Below are positions 27,260 to 37,116 of a DNA stretch of 64,000 nucleotides, one piece after another. Position numbers and translations under genes: made by a program. The DNA is from Candidatus Bilamarchaeaceae archaeon (GTDB lineage Archaea; Micrarchaeota; Micrarchaeia; Anstonellales; Bilamarchaeaceae). The first letter of the stretch is position 1. Each line of letters begins with the position of its first letter. The notes beneath the pieces were generated by a model. That model had not been told where the DNA came from and ran no database searches. It saw only the letters and a program-made list of their open reading frames with translations. The stretch is from NCBI GenBank assembly GCA_038851325.1, contig JAWCKZ010000002.1, positions 58,902 through 122,901 on the forward strand. Reading direction: 5' to 3'.

Positions 27260-27316
27260 AATGATACATCGTTTAAAACATTTTAAAAAGATATCGGAAT
27301 GTGCTGCGAAAGAGTA

Positions 27317-28297
27317 TTAATAGATAATACAACGCGCAGCCTTTAATTGCTCTATATTCCTACTTCCTGTGAGAAAGGCAGCTATGGCAAGTTGTTTTTT
27401 CCATTTCTCAATTTCTTCTTCAAGACATTTTTTTGTGAGGGCGATAAGAAACGGTTGTGCAGCGCCCCCCATCTCCGCACCAAGCGCTATTGCCTTTGCA
27501 ACGTCTACTCCGCTTCTTACTCCGCCGCTGGCAATAAGCGGTAGAATTCCTTTACACATAAGAATGGAGTCTACAGTTTTTATCCCCCAATTTTCAAATC
27601 CCGGCACTCCTCCTTTTCGCATGTACTCTATTTTACTCCACGAAGTTCCTCCAGCGCCAGAAACATCCAACCATGAAACGCCGACACCCTTAAGCTTCTC
27701 TGCTACCTCTGTGCTCATTCCGGCTCCTGTTTCCTTTGCAATAACAGGCACGCCAATTCTTTCTACTGTCTTTTCTATTGCTGCCAGGATACCTGAAAAA
27801 TCGGTATCCCCTTCTGGTTGGATGACTTCTTGCAGAGGATTTAGGTGAATAGCGAGAGCGTCTGCCTCAACGGATGCTACGAGTGATTCTATCTTCTCTA
27901 TTGGGTATTTATTCAATTGGGCTGCCCCTATATTTGCGAGTAGAGGTATATCAGGCGCGACATCTCGCACTTTAAATGTATCCGCAGTGGCTGGATTCTC
28001 TATCATAGCGCGCTGCGAACCAAGTCCAAAGGCTATGCCTGCATTCTGCGCAGCAGCAGCAAGCATCCTGTTTATTTTTTTTGCCTTTGGATAGCCGCCG
28101 GTCAACGCGCATATCAAAAGAGGCGCGGATATTTTTTTACCTAAAAAATCTGTTGAAAGATCAACATCAGACAATGCGCATTCCGGCAAGGAATTGTGGA
28201 TTAGCAGAATGCGCTCAAAACCTGCGGAAAAGGAATACTGGCTCTCTTTTTTTATGGAAAGAGCGATATGGTCTTGTTTTCTCTTATAGATGCTCAC
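27317..28297 (-). CDS. fni: Type 2 (FMN-dependent) isopentenyl-diphosphate delta-isomerase
   Basis: RKQDHI, ALTGG, GSQRA, HLNPLQE.IQPEGD, KETGAG, GAGGTSW; GTG start at 28297 after GGTGA. Confidence 0.96.
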   Translation of the reverse strand: MSIYKRKQDHIALSIKKESQYSFSAGFERILLIHNSLPECALSDVDLSTDFLGKKISAPLLICALTGGYPKAKKINRMLAAAAQNAGIAFGLGSQRAMIENPATADTFKVRDVAPDIPLLANIGAAQLNKYPIEKIESLVASVEADALAIHLNPLQEVIQPEGDTDFSGILAAIEKTVERIGVPVIAKETGAGMSTEVAEKLKGVGVSWLDVSGAGGTSWSKIEYMRKGGVPGFENWGIKTVDSILMCKGILPLIASGGVRSGVDVAKAIALGAEMGGAAQPFLIALTKKCLEEEIEKWKKQLAIAAFLTGSRNIEQLKAARCIIY

Positions 28298-28336
28298 AAA
28301 TTCACCCGTTCGTGTCAACAATTTTACTCTATGATC

Positions 28337-29074
28337 TCACCTTGCCAACGGATACTTTTCCATGTACATCTGAGTCTGGAGAATAATGAGAAATGGAAGA
28401 AGAACGATCGAGTTGACCAGCAAAGCAAAGTACTGCGAAAATACCCCCGAGAATAGAAAATCGCCCGATATCTTTGAAAGCACCAAAGTTAACGCGCCAA
28501 TGGCCAGCCAGGAGATACAAAGGAGCGGTTTTCGTAGTGCAAGATCACCTGAGCGAATGATCGCGGTTCCTACATCTGAATCGTCTATAACAATGGCCGG
28601 GGGAACGAATAACAGGAGATAAGAAAGGACAAAGGAAAATAGAGGGTAGATGACTGTTTGGCCATAGATATCGTGAAGAAGCAATTGTGCTATGAGGTGA
28701 AGTATAAATACAATAGTAAGAACGCAGAATATCCTTGTTGCATGCTTCGGGACTGCCGAAATCATCTCCTGCGTTGTTTCGGTTAGAGTACGTTTTGAGC
28801 GTACTATTATATTGATGTTCACAATCGTATCAGCTATTATAAACATTGCTATTAGATACGCAATGACGATTATGGATATGTCAAGAATGGAGAAATCCGG
28901 AAGGCTTCCTGTTCTTGCAAATAGTGCCCCTGCTGCTAGATAGGTGGGTAGAGGAACAAGCACGGGAACGAGAGACGCAGCAAAGAATGGAATAGAAAAG
29001 AGAGCCAGAAGTGCTATCTTCTTAAAGTAAAATTCCAGAGAATACGCAACAACCCTGTTCAATTCTTCCATCAT
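28337..29074 (-). CDS. Multi-pass membrane protein
   Basis: 245 aa, about six hydrophobic helices. Confidence 0.75.
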   Translation of the reverse strand: MMEELNRVVAYSLEFYFKKIALLALFSIPFFAASLVPVLVPLPTYLAAGALFARTGSLPDFSILDISIIVIAYLIAMFIIADTIVNINIIVRSKRTLTETTQEMISAVPKHATRIFCVLTIVFILHLIAQLLLHDIYGQTVIYPLFSFVLSYLLLFVPPAIVIDDSDVGTAIIRSGDLALRKPLLCISWLAIGALTLVLSKISGDFLFSGVFSQYFALLVNSIVLLPFLIILQTQMYMEKYPLAR

Positions 29075-29080
29075 TGTTAT

Positions 29081-29659
29081 TCACCTTTCTTTTTCGATCT
29101 TTGTTACAGTAACCTTGTTGTCCTTTAAAATTTCAACTACGTAATAATAACTTGCATTCGGCGAATCCCACACGACTCGCCATCCTACCTTCGTTTCGCT
29201 TACTGAGTGCAATGTATTTGGATTATTTGAGATGTACCCGCTTACTAGCTCTGTCCCTGGAAATGTATGTGAGGCTATCACCGCTTCCTCAGGAAATATA
29301 AGAACACAGCCTGGCTCGTAGCAGACCGTACAATTTGAGGTTATGATTTCCTGAGGTTGAGGGACAAAGTTCTGAACTGGGTAGTTATAGAATATATGCA
29401 CCCTTTCTGGGCATGGGGTATGCGGTGACTTAGTCACTTTTGCCTTTATCTCAAAATACCTATTCCCCAACTCGTTCGTGAGTTCCTTGGTTGATATTAT
29501 CTCTATATCTGCGTTTGGGTATCTAGAACGCAGATCCTCCAAGACAAACTTTGTTGCATCTCCTTCGACGATATTTATCTTGAAGAGTTCCGCTCCCTTT
29601 ACAAGCGTAAATATAACAATAAGAAGTACGAATAGCAGCACCAACCCTTTTTTAAGCAT
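29081..29659 (-). CDS. Secreted/membrane-anchored hypothetical protein
   Basis: N-terminal hydrophobic helix; PCP and C..C....C motifs. Confidence 0.7.
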   Translation of the reverse strand: MLKKGLVLLFVLLIVIFTLVKGAELFKINIVEGDATKFVLEDLRSRYPNADIEIISTKELTNELGNRYFEIKAKVTKSPHTPCPERVHIFYNYPVQNFVPQPQEIITSNCTVCYEPGCVLIFPEEAVIASHTFPGTELVSGYISNNPNTLHSVSETKVGWRVVWDSPNASYYYVVEILKDNKVTVTKIEKER

Positions 29660-29686
29660 GATAACACAACTGCAGAAATTTTTATA

Positions 29687-30016
29687 TTACTTCCCCTTTA
29701 GCAGAAGGATGGCCTGGGCTATATCTCCTTTGGTTTTTTTTAGCGCGGTCCTTGCCTCTTCTTCTGAGCAGCCAGCTTGCTCCGCGACCATCTTGGTATC
29801 CTCTTCGCTTATGTTATCTTCGAATACCATAGCGCCTGTTATTTGAAGAGATTTTTGGCCTTGCATATCTATCTCTATAACTTCAGGATTTTGCAGAATA
29901 TAGCTACCTTCTTCTGTTTCTATCACGACTCGTTTTGCCTCTATCCTCTTTGATTTTATTCCCAGTTGACGCATCATCTGTTCCATCTTTCTCGGGTCGA
30001 TACCACCAGGCAACAT
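29687..30016 (-). CDS. nac: Nascent polypeptide-associated complex protein
   Basis: IDPRKMEQMMRQLGI, GQKSLQI, C-terminal UBA GDIAQAI. Confidence 0.95.
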   Translation of the reverse strand: MLPGGIDPRKMEQMMRQLGIKSKRIEAKRVVIETEEGSYILQNPEVIEIDMQGQKSLQITGAMVFEDNISEEDTKMVAEQAGCSEEEARTALKKTKGDIAQAILLLKGK

Positions 30017-30073
30017 ACGATCACAACTAAGCTTAAGGTAGGTATTTAAACGCGGTGGTGCGTTTTACAAAAT

Positions 30074-30670
30074 CTACTTAAACAGTTCCATCCGCTCCGA
30101 TTTTCTTACTTCGACGCGTTTCATCATCGTTATCTGTTTTAAGCGATTAAACAACTTAGACGAAAAGCGACCATATACAAGGTCTTGCATAAGTTCATCA
30201 AAGTTAGCTCCTTCTGCGTTTTTCTTTGTCTCCTCTGCGATTGCTTTTCTCAAATTCTTTCTTGTATTTTCACTCACCTTCGCACCAGTAACAGCGATTA
30301 TCTTTATTCTTATACTCTCGCCGTCTTTTGTCTTTGTATCCATAACTTGATGAATGAGGGACTTTCCTCTTCTTGCGAATGTTTTAATATATGCGGGCGA
30401 TATTTCATGGCCTATAAGTTTTGTGTAGGCATTTGTGCCCTTTACGTCAACTATCCTAAAATAAAGGTTCGTGAACATCGCAAGCTGAGAAGATGGATTA
30501 AGTCCAAGTTCCGTAAGGCTTCTGGTTATGATTCTGTTGAGAAGATTTTTCTCGTCACTCGATACAACTTCACCGAGTTCCCGATTGTCAAACGATGCTG
30601 GTGCGAGTACGGTGTACCATTTTTTTGATTTCCACTTATCAACTACCTTCATTGCCCTTTTTCCGGCCAT
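30074..30670 (-). CDS. rps3ae: 30S ribosomal protein S3ae (eS1)
   Basis: DKWKSKKWYTVLAP, VEVRKSE. Confidence 0.95.
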   Translation of the reverse strand: MAGKRAMKVVDKWKSKKWYTVLAPASFDNRELGEVVSSDEKNLLNRIITRSLTELGLNPSSQLAMFTNLYFRIVDVKGTNAYTKLIGHEISPAYIKTFARRGKSLIHQVMDTKTKDGESIRIKIIAVTGAKVSENTRKNLRKAIAEETKKNAEGANFDELMQDLVYGRFSSKLFNRLKQITMMKRVEVRKSERMELFK

Positions 30671-30678
30671 TATACCCC

Positions 30679-31134
30679 TCACTTAACTAGTAACTCGGCT
30701 TGCTCAGGGTCGTATTTCCAATCCTCCGGAAGAATCCCCTTTGCCTTCAAATACTTTGCAAGCCTATTTATTTTAGATATTATATGAGCATACTTCGTTT
30801 TGTTATGGACATCCTTTTTGGCATTTTTTAGGTGTCTGTTCATTCTTACCGCTCGTTTTAAAAGAGCGAGGAAATCATCAGGATAGACAGCGCCCACTTT
30901 GTTATTTCTCAAAAATACAGATAGCTTTGTACCAAGAAAAGGCTTTATTTCTGGTATTCCATGTTTATCTCTAAGAATAATTCCTATTTTCGAGGGAGAT
31001 GTTCCTTCCTTCGCGAGTTTTATTATCTCTTCCTCTATATATTTTTTATCGGCCTTGACCCATTCTGGCACGAGCTTGCTTTTTGGAGTTTTTCTCCCAG
31101 ATTTTCCCTTCTTTTTCGAGTGAAGCCTTGCCAT
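30679..31134 (-). CDS. rps15: 30S ribosomal protein S15 (uS15)
   Basis: MARLHSKKKGKSG, SKIGIILRDKHGIP, SKINRLAKY. Confidence 0.96.
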   Translation of the reverse strand: MARLHSKKKGKSGRKTPKSKLVPEWVKADKKYIEEEIIKLAKEGTSPSKIGIILRDKHGIPEIKPFLGTKLSVFLRNNKVGAVYPDDFLALLKRAVRMNRHLKNAKKDVHNKTKYAHIISKINRLAKYLKAKGILPEDWKYDPEQAELLVK

Positions 31135-31147
31135 ACGCACACCTTTA

Positions 31148-31735
31148 TTATACCTTTCGTGTTGTGTAGTCATGCATCTTCTGGTTATTTTTTAAATAAT
31201 CGATAAGCAACGAGATAGCTTTATATCTATGAGAGAGTTTGTTTTTTAATTCTATGTTTTCAGCAAATGTCGTATCGTGCGCCTCTGGTATGAAGATGGG
31301 GTCATATCCAAAACCGCTTTTGCCACGTTCGGTTTCGGCTATTCTTCCCTCGCAGATGCCTTTAAATAACAAAATGCTGCTGCCGTTATGAAAGGCTATG
31401 CATGCCTCAAAACGTGCGGCTCTATTTTCTACGCCTTCAAGTAGTTTTAGTATGCCTTTACGTCCAATTTTTTCTTGCACCCATGCTGAGTAAGTTCCAG
31501 GAAAGCCATTAAGTGCATCCACAAAAAGCCCGGTGTCTTCTGTAAAAACTGGTTTTTGAAGTCGCCTGAAAGCTGCTTCGGTTGCCTCAGTTGCAATCTC
31601 CTCAAGACTGTCTGAACGAATTTCGCGATGCGTAAACTGAAAATGTTTCAGGGTAATGCGTGGCGCATTGACTACAAACACCTCTTGCGCCTCTCTAAAT
31701 TTGTTTGTGTTGCTTGTGGCAAAATAAATCTCCAT
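31148..31735 (-). CDS. RdgB/HAM1 non-canonical purine NTP pyrophosphatase
   Basis: FATSNTNK, EDTGL...ALNGFPG.YS, GFGYDPIF, KNKLSHR. Confidence 0.95.
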   Translation of the reverse strand: MEIYFATSNTNKFREAQEVFVVNAPRITLKHFQFTHREIRSDSLEEIATEATEAAFRRLQKPVFTEDTGLFVDALNGFPGTYSAWVQEKIGRKGILKLLEGVENRAARFEACIAFHNGSSILLFKGICEGRIAETERGKSGFGYDPIFIPEAHDTTFAENIELKNKLSHRYKAISLLIDYLKNNQKMHDYTTRKV

Positions 31736-31797
31736 AAAGCGTGAATGTTAACTGTTATTAAAAAGACTTCCGATGTATTTTTAAATATATTCACACG

Positions 31798-31852
31798 TAT
31801 ATATAACATACAACATTAGCATATATAACATATAACAATAACATATAACATT
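31798..31852. repeat. Imperfect ATAACAT tandem repeat upstream of the ankyrin gene
   Basis: ATATAACATACAACATTAGCATATATAACATATAACAATAACATATAACATTA. Confidence 0.6.
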
Positions 31853-31867
31853 AATGGAGAGATTAAC

Positions 31868-33457
31868 ATGAATGACCAAAAAAAGATTGGAGAGAAATTC
31901 GTAGTCTTACAGGGCGGTGGTAAGAACAGGAAAAATTTATTCGATGGAGAGCTACCTGTTGTGGAAACAAGGCCGGATAACGAAGTCAACAAAATGCTCA
32001 TAAGTGCTGTGCAGAATTTGGATGCAGATATGGTGGAGAGGGCACTGAAGGCAGGCGCGTATCCAGGGCTTATAGATTCAGATGGAAATACGTTACTTCA
32101 TTTTTCTGGATATGAAGGTAATTATAAAATTTCAAAACTGCTTATCGATTACGCTTTGGCTAGAAAGATTGATATCATTAACGTACATAATAAACAGAAC
32201 AAGACGCCGATGGACATGGTGCTGGATGGTCGAAGACCTGATTCCGAAGGACATGCTAAGGTCTTCGCACTTCTGAGAATAAATAAAGGAAAGTGGTTTA
32301 ACCCTGAAATTCTTTCTCACATAGGAAATTTTGAAGAGACTAAACGAGTAATCGAGCGTATAGGAAGAGCTGCCATGTCGAGCGAATTGATAATGGCTGC
32401 TGCAGCGCTTGATATTGATTACGCAAAAAAACTCCTCAGATGTGGTGCTAGTATTTTTTTTAATGATACGGCGACCACCGAGATCTACACTTCTCCGCTT
32501 GCTGTTATCATAGGCAAAGCGCTTGAGAGCGGTCTTACCGATGAGATAGTAAATGCTGCCAAACTTTTTGTTGACTGGAACGCCAAGCTTAACGCCCCAT
32601 TTATACCAGATTTAAACAACCCATATTTTAAGGTTACATTGATTGAGATGCAAGCAGCAGATGGCATTCCGCATGACATACGGGGTCTCCTGAAGGATCT
32701 TTATGATAAGCAGCTTGCGAACGAACAGCTTTTTGTTGCTGCGGATGAGAATGATAGGTATCGGGGCGAAAGTGCGATAAGAAAAGGCGCAAGCGTGGAC
32801 GCGCGGGACGAATTTTTCGGTACTTCACTTCACACTGCTCTGGCCAAGGCGCATCTTGATTTTGCAGAGTTTATTGTCGAGCTCAATACCGATTTAACAG
32901 CTGTAGATAGCATTGGCTCTACCCTAATTCATGCTGCTGCTTATTCGAAAGATCCTAGTGCGCTCACGCTTATAATAAGCGCTATGAGAAATGCAGGTAT
33001 CGAGCCTGACCTTGATGCCAAGGACGATTTGGGGAATGCGCCAATACATGTCGCGGTTTTTAGAAGAGGGTATGAAATGGTAGAGGCGCTGGGAAAGGCA
33101 GGTGCTGACTTAAACGTGCGAAGCGATTCTGGTGAAACACCCCTTCACACTGCAGTCATGATGGATGATCCAGATATGGGCGGTTTGCTTTTGAATCTCG
33201 GAGCAGAGATTACAGAGGATGTTATTAAATTTGCAGAGGAGAGAGGCAGGGATGACATAGCAGATGCGCTAATGAAAATAAGAGAAAAACAGAAAGCAGC
33301 AGAGTCTCTTCATACTGCAATTAAAAATGAAGAGCATGGCGCAACGCTACCTGCAAAGAACGAAGAAAAAACTAAAGATGGGCCAGAGGAGGCAGGTAGA
33401 AAACTGCCCAACAACGTTGTGCCATTTCCTAACCTCGAGCGCAAAGGCAAATCCTGA
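31868..33457 (+). CDS. Ankyrin-repeat protein
   Basis: GNTLLH, NKTPMD, GTSLH, GSTLIHAAA, GNAPIHVAV, GETPLHTAV repeats. Confidence 0.92.
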   Translation: MNDQKKIGEKFVVLQGGGKNRKNLFDGELPVVETRPDNEVNKMLISAVQNLDADMVERALKAGAYPGLIDSDGNTLLHFSGYEGNYKISKLLIDYALARKIDIINVHNKQNKTPMDMVLDGRRPDSEGHAKVFALLRINKGKWFNPEILSHIGNFEETKRVIERIGRAAMSSELIMAAAALDIDYAKKLLRCGASIFFNDTATTEIYTSPLAVIIGKALESGLTDEIVNAAKLFVDWNAKLNAPFIPDLNNPYFKVTLIEMQAADGIPHDIRGLLKDLYDKQLANEQLFVAADENDRYRGESAIRKGASVDARDEFFGTSLHTALAKAHLDFAEFIVELNTDLTAVDSIGSTLIHAAAYSKDPSALTLIISAMRNAGIEPDLDAKDDLGNAPIHVAVFRRGYEMVEALGKAGADLNVRSDSGETPLHTAVMMDDPDMGGLLLNLGAEITEDVIKFAEERGRDDIADALMKIREKQKAAESLHTAIKNEEHGATLPAKNEEKTKDGPEEAGRKLPNNVVPFPNLERKGKS

Positions 33458-35647
33458 CTAGTCCATGAAAAACTCTGCAGTCGGTGGCTCTGGAGGCTCC
33501 CCTTTTCTTTCTCTTATTTGCTTTACTATCTTGCCAACGAGATCTCTTGGCATTGGAAAGTATCCAGCGTACTCCTGATACCAGATTGCACGTCCTTGCG
33601 TCACTCCTCTAAGGGAATTTGAGAAGCCAAACATTTCTGCAACTGGCATAAGATCGTTTATTGTTGTTGTCTCTCCTTCCTGCTCCATACTAAGCAACTG
33701 ACCGCGCTTTCCATTTAGGAGATTTATTACATCTCCGGCATACTCCTGCGGCGTCTGAATAAGAACCTTCTGCTTTGGTTCAAGAAGTGTTATTCCTGCC
33801 TTTATTAAGGCAGCGTATATGGGTCGTTTCGTAGCTGGAAGCATCTGTGCAGGACCACGATGAACGTTGTCCTCGTGCAACGTTGCATCCACTAGAGTTA
33901 CCTTAACACCGACTACTTTTTCCTTTGCAAGCGGTCCTTGGTCCATTGCTTCTTCGAATCCCTGAATGAGAAGCTCTTCCACTTCATTAAGGTACTGAAT
34001 ACCTTTTGTACCATTTATGAATATGTTTTTATTGTGAACATCGTATACGTTTCGTGCTTCATCGCGTGTGAGCCCGTGCTCAACAAAAACCTCAACGAGC
34101 TCTTTTCCCTTTGGTCTTCCGTTTGGTATCAATCCTTCGTCCAGCGCCTTCATCATCTTTTCTGGGAGTGGTTCTACAACAAACTTCAACCGATTATGCT
34201 TATTGGGCGATTTTCCTTCTATCGGTCCTCCGCTTCCTGTTATCGTTTCCTGGTAGACCACAATTGGCGGAGAGGTTTCAATTGGTATTTTCTTTTCGTT
34301 TCTTATCTTGTACTCTATAATCTCAAGATGGAGTTCTCCCATACCGGAGATTAAATGCTCTCCAGTCTCCTGATTAAGAGTAACACGAAGGGTCGGATCC
34401 TCCTTTGAAAGTCCTCTGAGCACTTCTATAAGTTTTGCAAGGTCCTTGCTCTCTTTGGCTTCTATGGATTTTGTCATCACAGGTTCTGAATAATGCTTTA
34501 TCTGCTCGAATGGCTCGACCGGTTCTGTACTTACTGTCTCGCCCACATACACATCTTTAAGGCCGATAAAGGCGCCTATATTTCCAGCCAGTACTCTATC
34601 TGTCGGAACCCGGTCTGGACCCATGTAGATAGCGACCTGCTGGACCTTTGAATACGCCTTCTTCGAGGCTACATAAAGTTGGTCTCCTTTAGTAACCTTT
34701 CCTGAAAAAAGACGCACAACCCCAACTTCTCCAGCGTGCTCGTCATACACAACACCAAAGCAGACACCGATTGTCTTTGCATTTGGATCGCAGGCAAGCA
34801 TTCCTTTTCCGGCATCGCTGTTTAGATCTCCCTTCCACAAAACAGGAATTCTGTATGCCTGAGCTGTTTTCGGATCAGGAAGATGTCTTACAACCATCTC
34901 AAGAAGAACATCATCCACTGGGGATCTTTCAACCAGATAAGCGTGGTCTCCAGTTGTGCATTTCTCGTAGATGTCCTTAAAACCAATGTTGTATTTTTTC
35001 ATGGAGCTGATGCTCACAGCCCATTTGTTGAACGCTGAGCCAAATGCTATGTTTCCTTTTTCGACAGATATCAGCCAATCAGATTTCCTTTCAGGTGGCG
35101 CATTTCCCTCGATTATCCTATTTATGCCGATTATTATCTTTATCAGTTTCTCCTGCATAGACTTTTGGTCCAGTTTCAACTCATTAATAAGTCTATCTAT
35201 CTTATTTATGAAGACAACAGGTTTTGCCCTTTCTTTAAGCGCTTGCCTTAGAACAGTTTCTGTCTGCGGCATTATTCCTTCTACAGAATCCACGACAAGG
35301 ACAACGCCATCGACTGCTCTCATCGCTCGCGTTACATGCCCTCCAAAGTCAACATGACCTGGAGTGTCTATGAGATTGATGAGATAATCCTTTCCTTCGT
35401 AGTTAAACCCAAGCGAGATGTTCGCTGCCTTTATCGTAATTCCTCTTGCCTGCTCCTGTTCGTCAAAATCCATAACGCGTTGGGTGCCGGCGAGTTCTTT
35501 TGAGATAAGACCAGCGCGCGCTACCAGACTATCAGTAAGCGTTGTCTTTCCGTGGTCAACATGCGCAACGATGGCAACATTTCTAACCTGCTCTATCTTA
35601 TCCATTATCTTTTGTACTTCTTCAACTACAAATTCCTTTCGTGCCAT
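33458..35647 (-). CDS. fusA: Translation elongation factor EF-2
   Basis: AHVDHGKTT, RGITI, DTPGHVDF, NKID, diphthamide loop HRGPAQ. Confidence 0.98.
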   Translation of the reverse strand: MARKEFVVEEVQKIMDKIEQVRNVAIVAHVDHGKTTLTDSLVARAGLISKELAGTQRVMDFDEQEQARGITIKAANISLGFNYEGKDYLINLIDTPGHVDFGGHVTRAMRAVDGVVLVVDSVEGIMPQTETVLRQALKERAKPVVFINKIDRLINELKLDQKSMQEKLIKIIIGINRIIEGNAPPERKSDWLISVEKGNIAFGSAFNKWAVSISSMKKYNIGFKDIYEKCTTGDHAYLVERSPVDDVLLEMVVRHLPDPKTAQAYRIPVLWKGDLNSDAGKGMLACDPNAKTIGVCFGVVYDEHAGEVGVVRLFSGKVTKGDQLYVASKKAYSKVQQVAIYMGPDRVPTDRVLAGNIGAFIGLKDVYVGETVSTEPVEPFEQIKHYSEPVMTKSIEAKESKDLAKLIEVLRGLSKEDPTLRVTLNQETGEHLISGMGELHLEIIEYKIRNEKKIPIETSPPIVVYQETITGSGGPIEGKSPNKHNRLKFVVEPLPEKMMKALDEGLIPNGRPKGKELVEVFVEHGLTRDEARNVYDVHNKNIFINGTKGIQYLNEVEELLIQGFEEAMDQGPLAKEKVVGVKVTLVDATLHEDNVHRGPAQMLPATKRPIYAALIKAGITLLEPKQKVLIQTPQEYAGDVINLLNGKRGQLLSMEQEGETTTINDLMPVAEMFGFSNSLRGVTQGRAIWYQEYAGYFPMPRDLVGKIVKQIRERKGEPPEPPTAEFFMD

Positions 35648-35677
35648 ATCCCACACCAAATGAGAAAAAATATGAGA

Positions 35678-36286
35678 CTATCTCGCGCTTCTTGCGATGC
35701 GCTCTATCTCGTCTTTCTTTTTCATTGCGTAACTGTTCTGTATATCCCCTTTTGCCGTGTAGATTATTTCATCTGCAAGCGCAGAAGCGAGAGACTTGTT
35801 CTTTCTGAATGTGCCCATGAGTGCTGCCAGTGCGATGTTTCTGAGCGCAAGATCAAGTCGTCTTGTCGCTGAGATGTCTACTGCGATTTGGTAGCTTACT
35901 CCGCCGTATGAAACACGCGTTACGTCTTCATTGGGTGCAGAATTCTCAAGCGCTCTTATGAGCACCTGTACAGGATTTTCTTTTGTTTTTTCCTCCACCA
36001 TCGCAAAGGCTTTTTCCACTGTTTTTATCATCTTTAGTTTTTTACCCTGAAGCCTTCCATGAGTTCGTATAACCTTTCCAGATGTCTTCTCACCGGTTCC
36101 GCCACGCATGAGCTTGTTTATAAGCCTTTCAACTACATTAACATCCATTTTACCCAAGTCTTTTTTCTTGTGTCTACCGAATGAGTGCGGAACAAGTATC
36201 GGTTTTAGTGTTATCACTTGCGCAAGACTTCTGTCAGTTATTTGGATTCCCTCAAGTGAGTATTTTCCAAAAAGTTTGTCGCTCAT
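35678..36286 (-). CDS. rps7: 30S ribosomal protein S7
   Basis: VERLINKLMR, NPVQVLIRALEN, KKDEIERIARSAR. Confidence 0.97.
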   Translation of the reverse strand: MSDKLFGKYSLEGIQITDRSLAQVITLKPILVPHSFGRHKKKDLGKMDVNVVERLINKLMRGGTGEKTSGKVIRTHGRLQGKKLKMIKTVEKAFAMVEEKTKENPVQVLIRALENSAPNEDVTRVSYGGVSYQIAVDISATRRLDLALRNIALAALMGTFRKNKSLASALADEIIYTAKGDIQNSYAMKKKDEIERIARSAR

Positions 36287-36290
36287 AGTA

Positions 36291-36731
36291 TCATCTCTTT
36301 GGTTTCTCCTTTCTTCCCTTTCTTAACATCTGAATGTCAGCGCCGTTTACTGAAACAACCTTGTATCTAACACCGGGTATGGAACCCATCTGTCCGCGCT
36401 GAGAGCCGCCAAGCCCTGCTATTATAACCTCATCGTGTTCATCTATAAAAGTGATTGCCTTATCTCTCGGCGCGAATGCAGAGACAATCTTACCATTCTT
36501 TACGAGTTGACATTTTATACATTTTATAAGTCCAGAATGAGGCTGCTTCTGCTCCAAAACTATCTTCTCAAGCACGATAGCCTTTGCCTGCGGCGCGCCT
36601 TCGAGAGGGTCGAATTTTTGCTTTAGTTTAAGCGCCTTTCTTTTCCATCTTTTTGATAACCACCTTCGTCTCTTTCTGTTTCTAACTAGGTTGCGTCCAG
36701 CAAATTCTCCATTTTTGCCCTTCTTACTCAT
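36291..36731 (-). CDS. rps12: 30S ribosomal protein S12
   Basis: [27 protein letters not shown] at 36731 after GGTGG. Confidence 0.97.
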   Translation of the reverse strand: MSKKGKNGEFAGRNLVRNRKRRRWLSKRWKRKALKLKQKFDPLEGAPQAKAIVLEKIVLEQKQPHSGLIKCIKCQLVKNGKIVSAFAPRDKAITFIDEHDEVIIAGLGGSQRGQMGSIPGVRYKVVSVNGADIQMLRKGRKEKPKR

Positions 36732-36773
36732 CCATCCACCTTGTTTCCATTTTTTATATCGTCCGCTCGGTTG

Positions 36774-36879
36774 AACCTGACTTCGCCGCTTGCATCTTGA
36801 TGGGGCACCAGCCATGCTGATGTTCCCACCGACGCGGCTCATGCAAGCGTCTGTCTAAGGTAAGCGGCGAGATCAAGTT
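36774..36879 (-). promoter_or_regulatory. Structured 5' leader of the rps12-rps7-EF2 operon
   Basis: 18-bp outer stem, alternative GCTTGCAT/ATGCAAGC stem and inner hairpin; G-U pairs favour the minus strand; TTTATAAA at about 36940. Confidence 0.6.
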
Positions 36880-37116
36880 AGAACATTAAAACTGGACAAT
36901 TAGCCGTCCAAACTTTTAATCTTCTTTTACTAAAATGGGTTTATAAATGTTATAGATCCCTTGGAACAATCTGTCCTCAGCCAACAATTCCCCATATGTA
37001 AGGCGCATATTCTGGTCTAATGTGATAAGAAGGAAAAAAATTATCGATTTTTCGCTGAGGTTGGCAGTGGTATTTTTAAACTCTTACGATGTGTTTAAAG
37101 GGTTAGTGGTGAGTCT

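Noticed and set aside
36732..36842. N-terminal extension of S12 from ATG 36842
   Set aside because: Homology and the RBS point to 36731; the extension coincides with the RNA structure.
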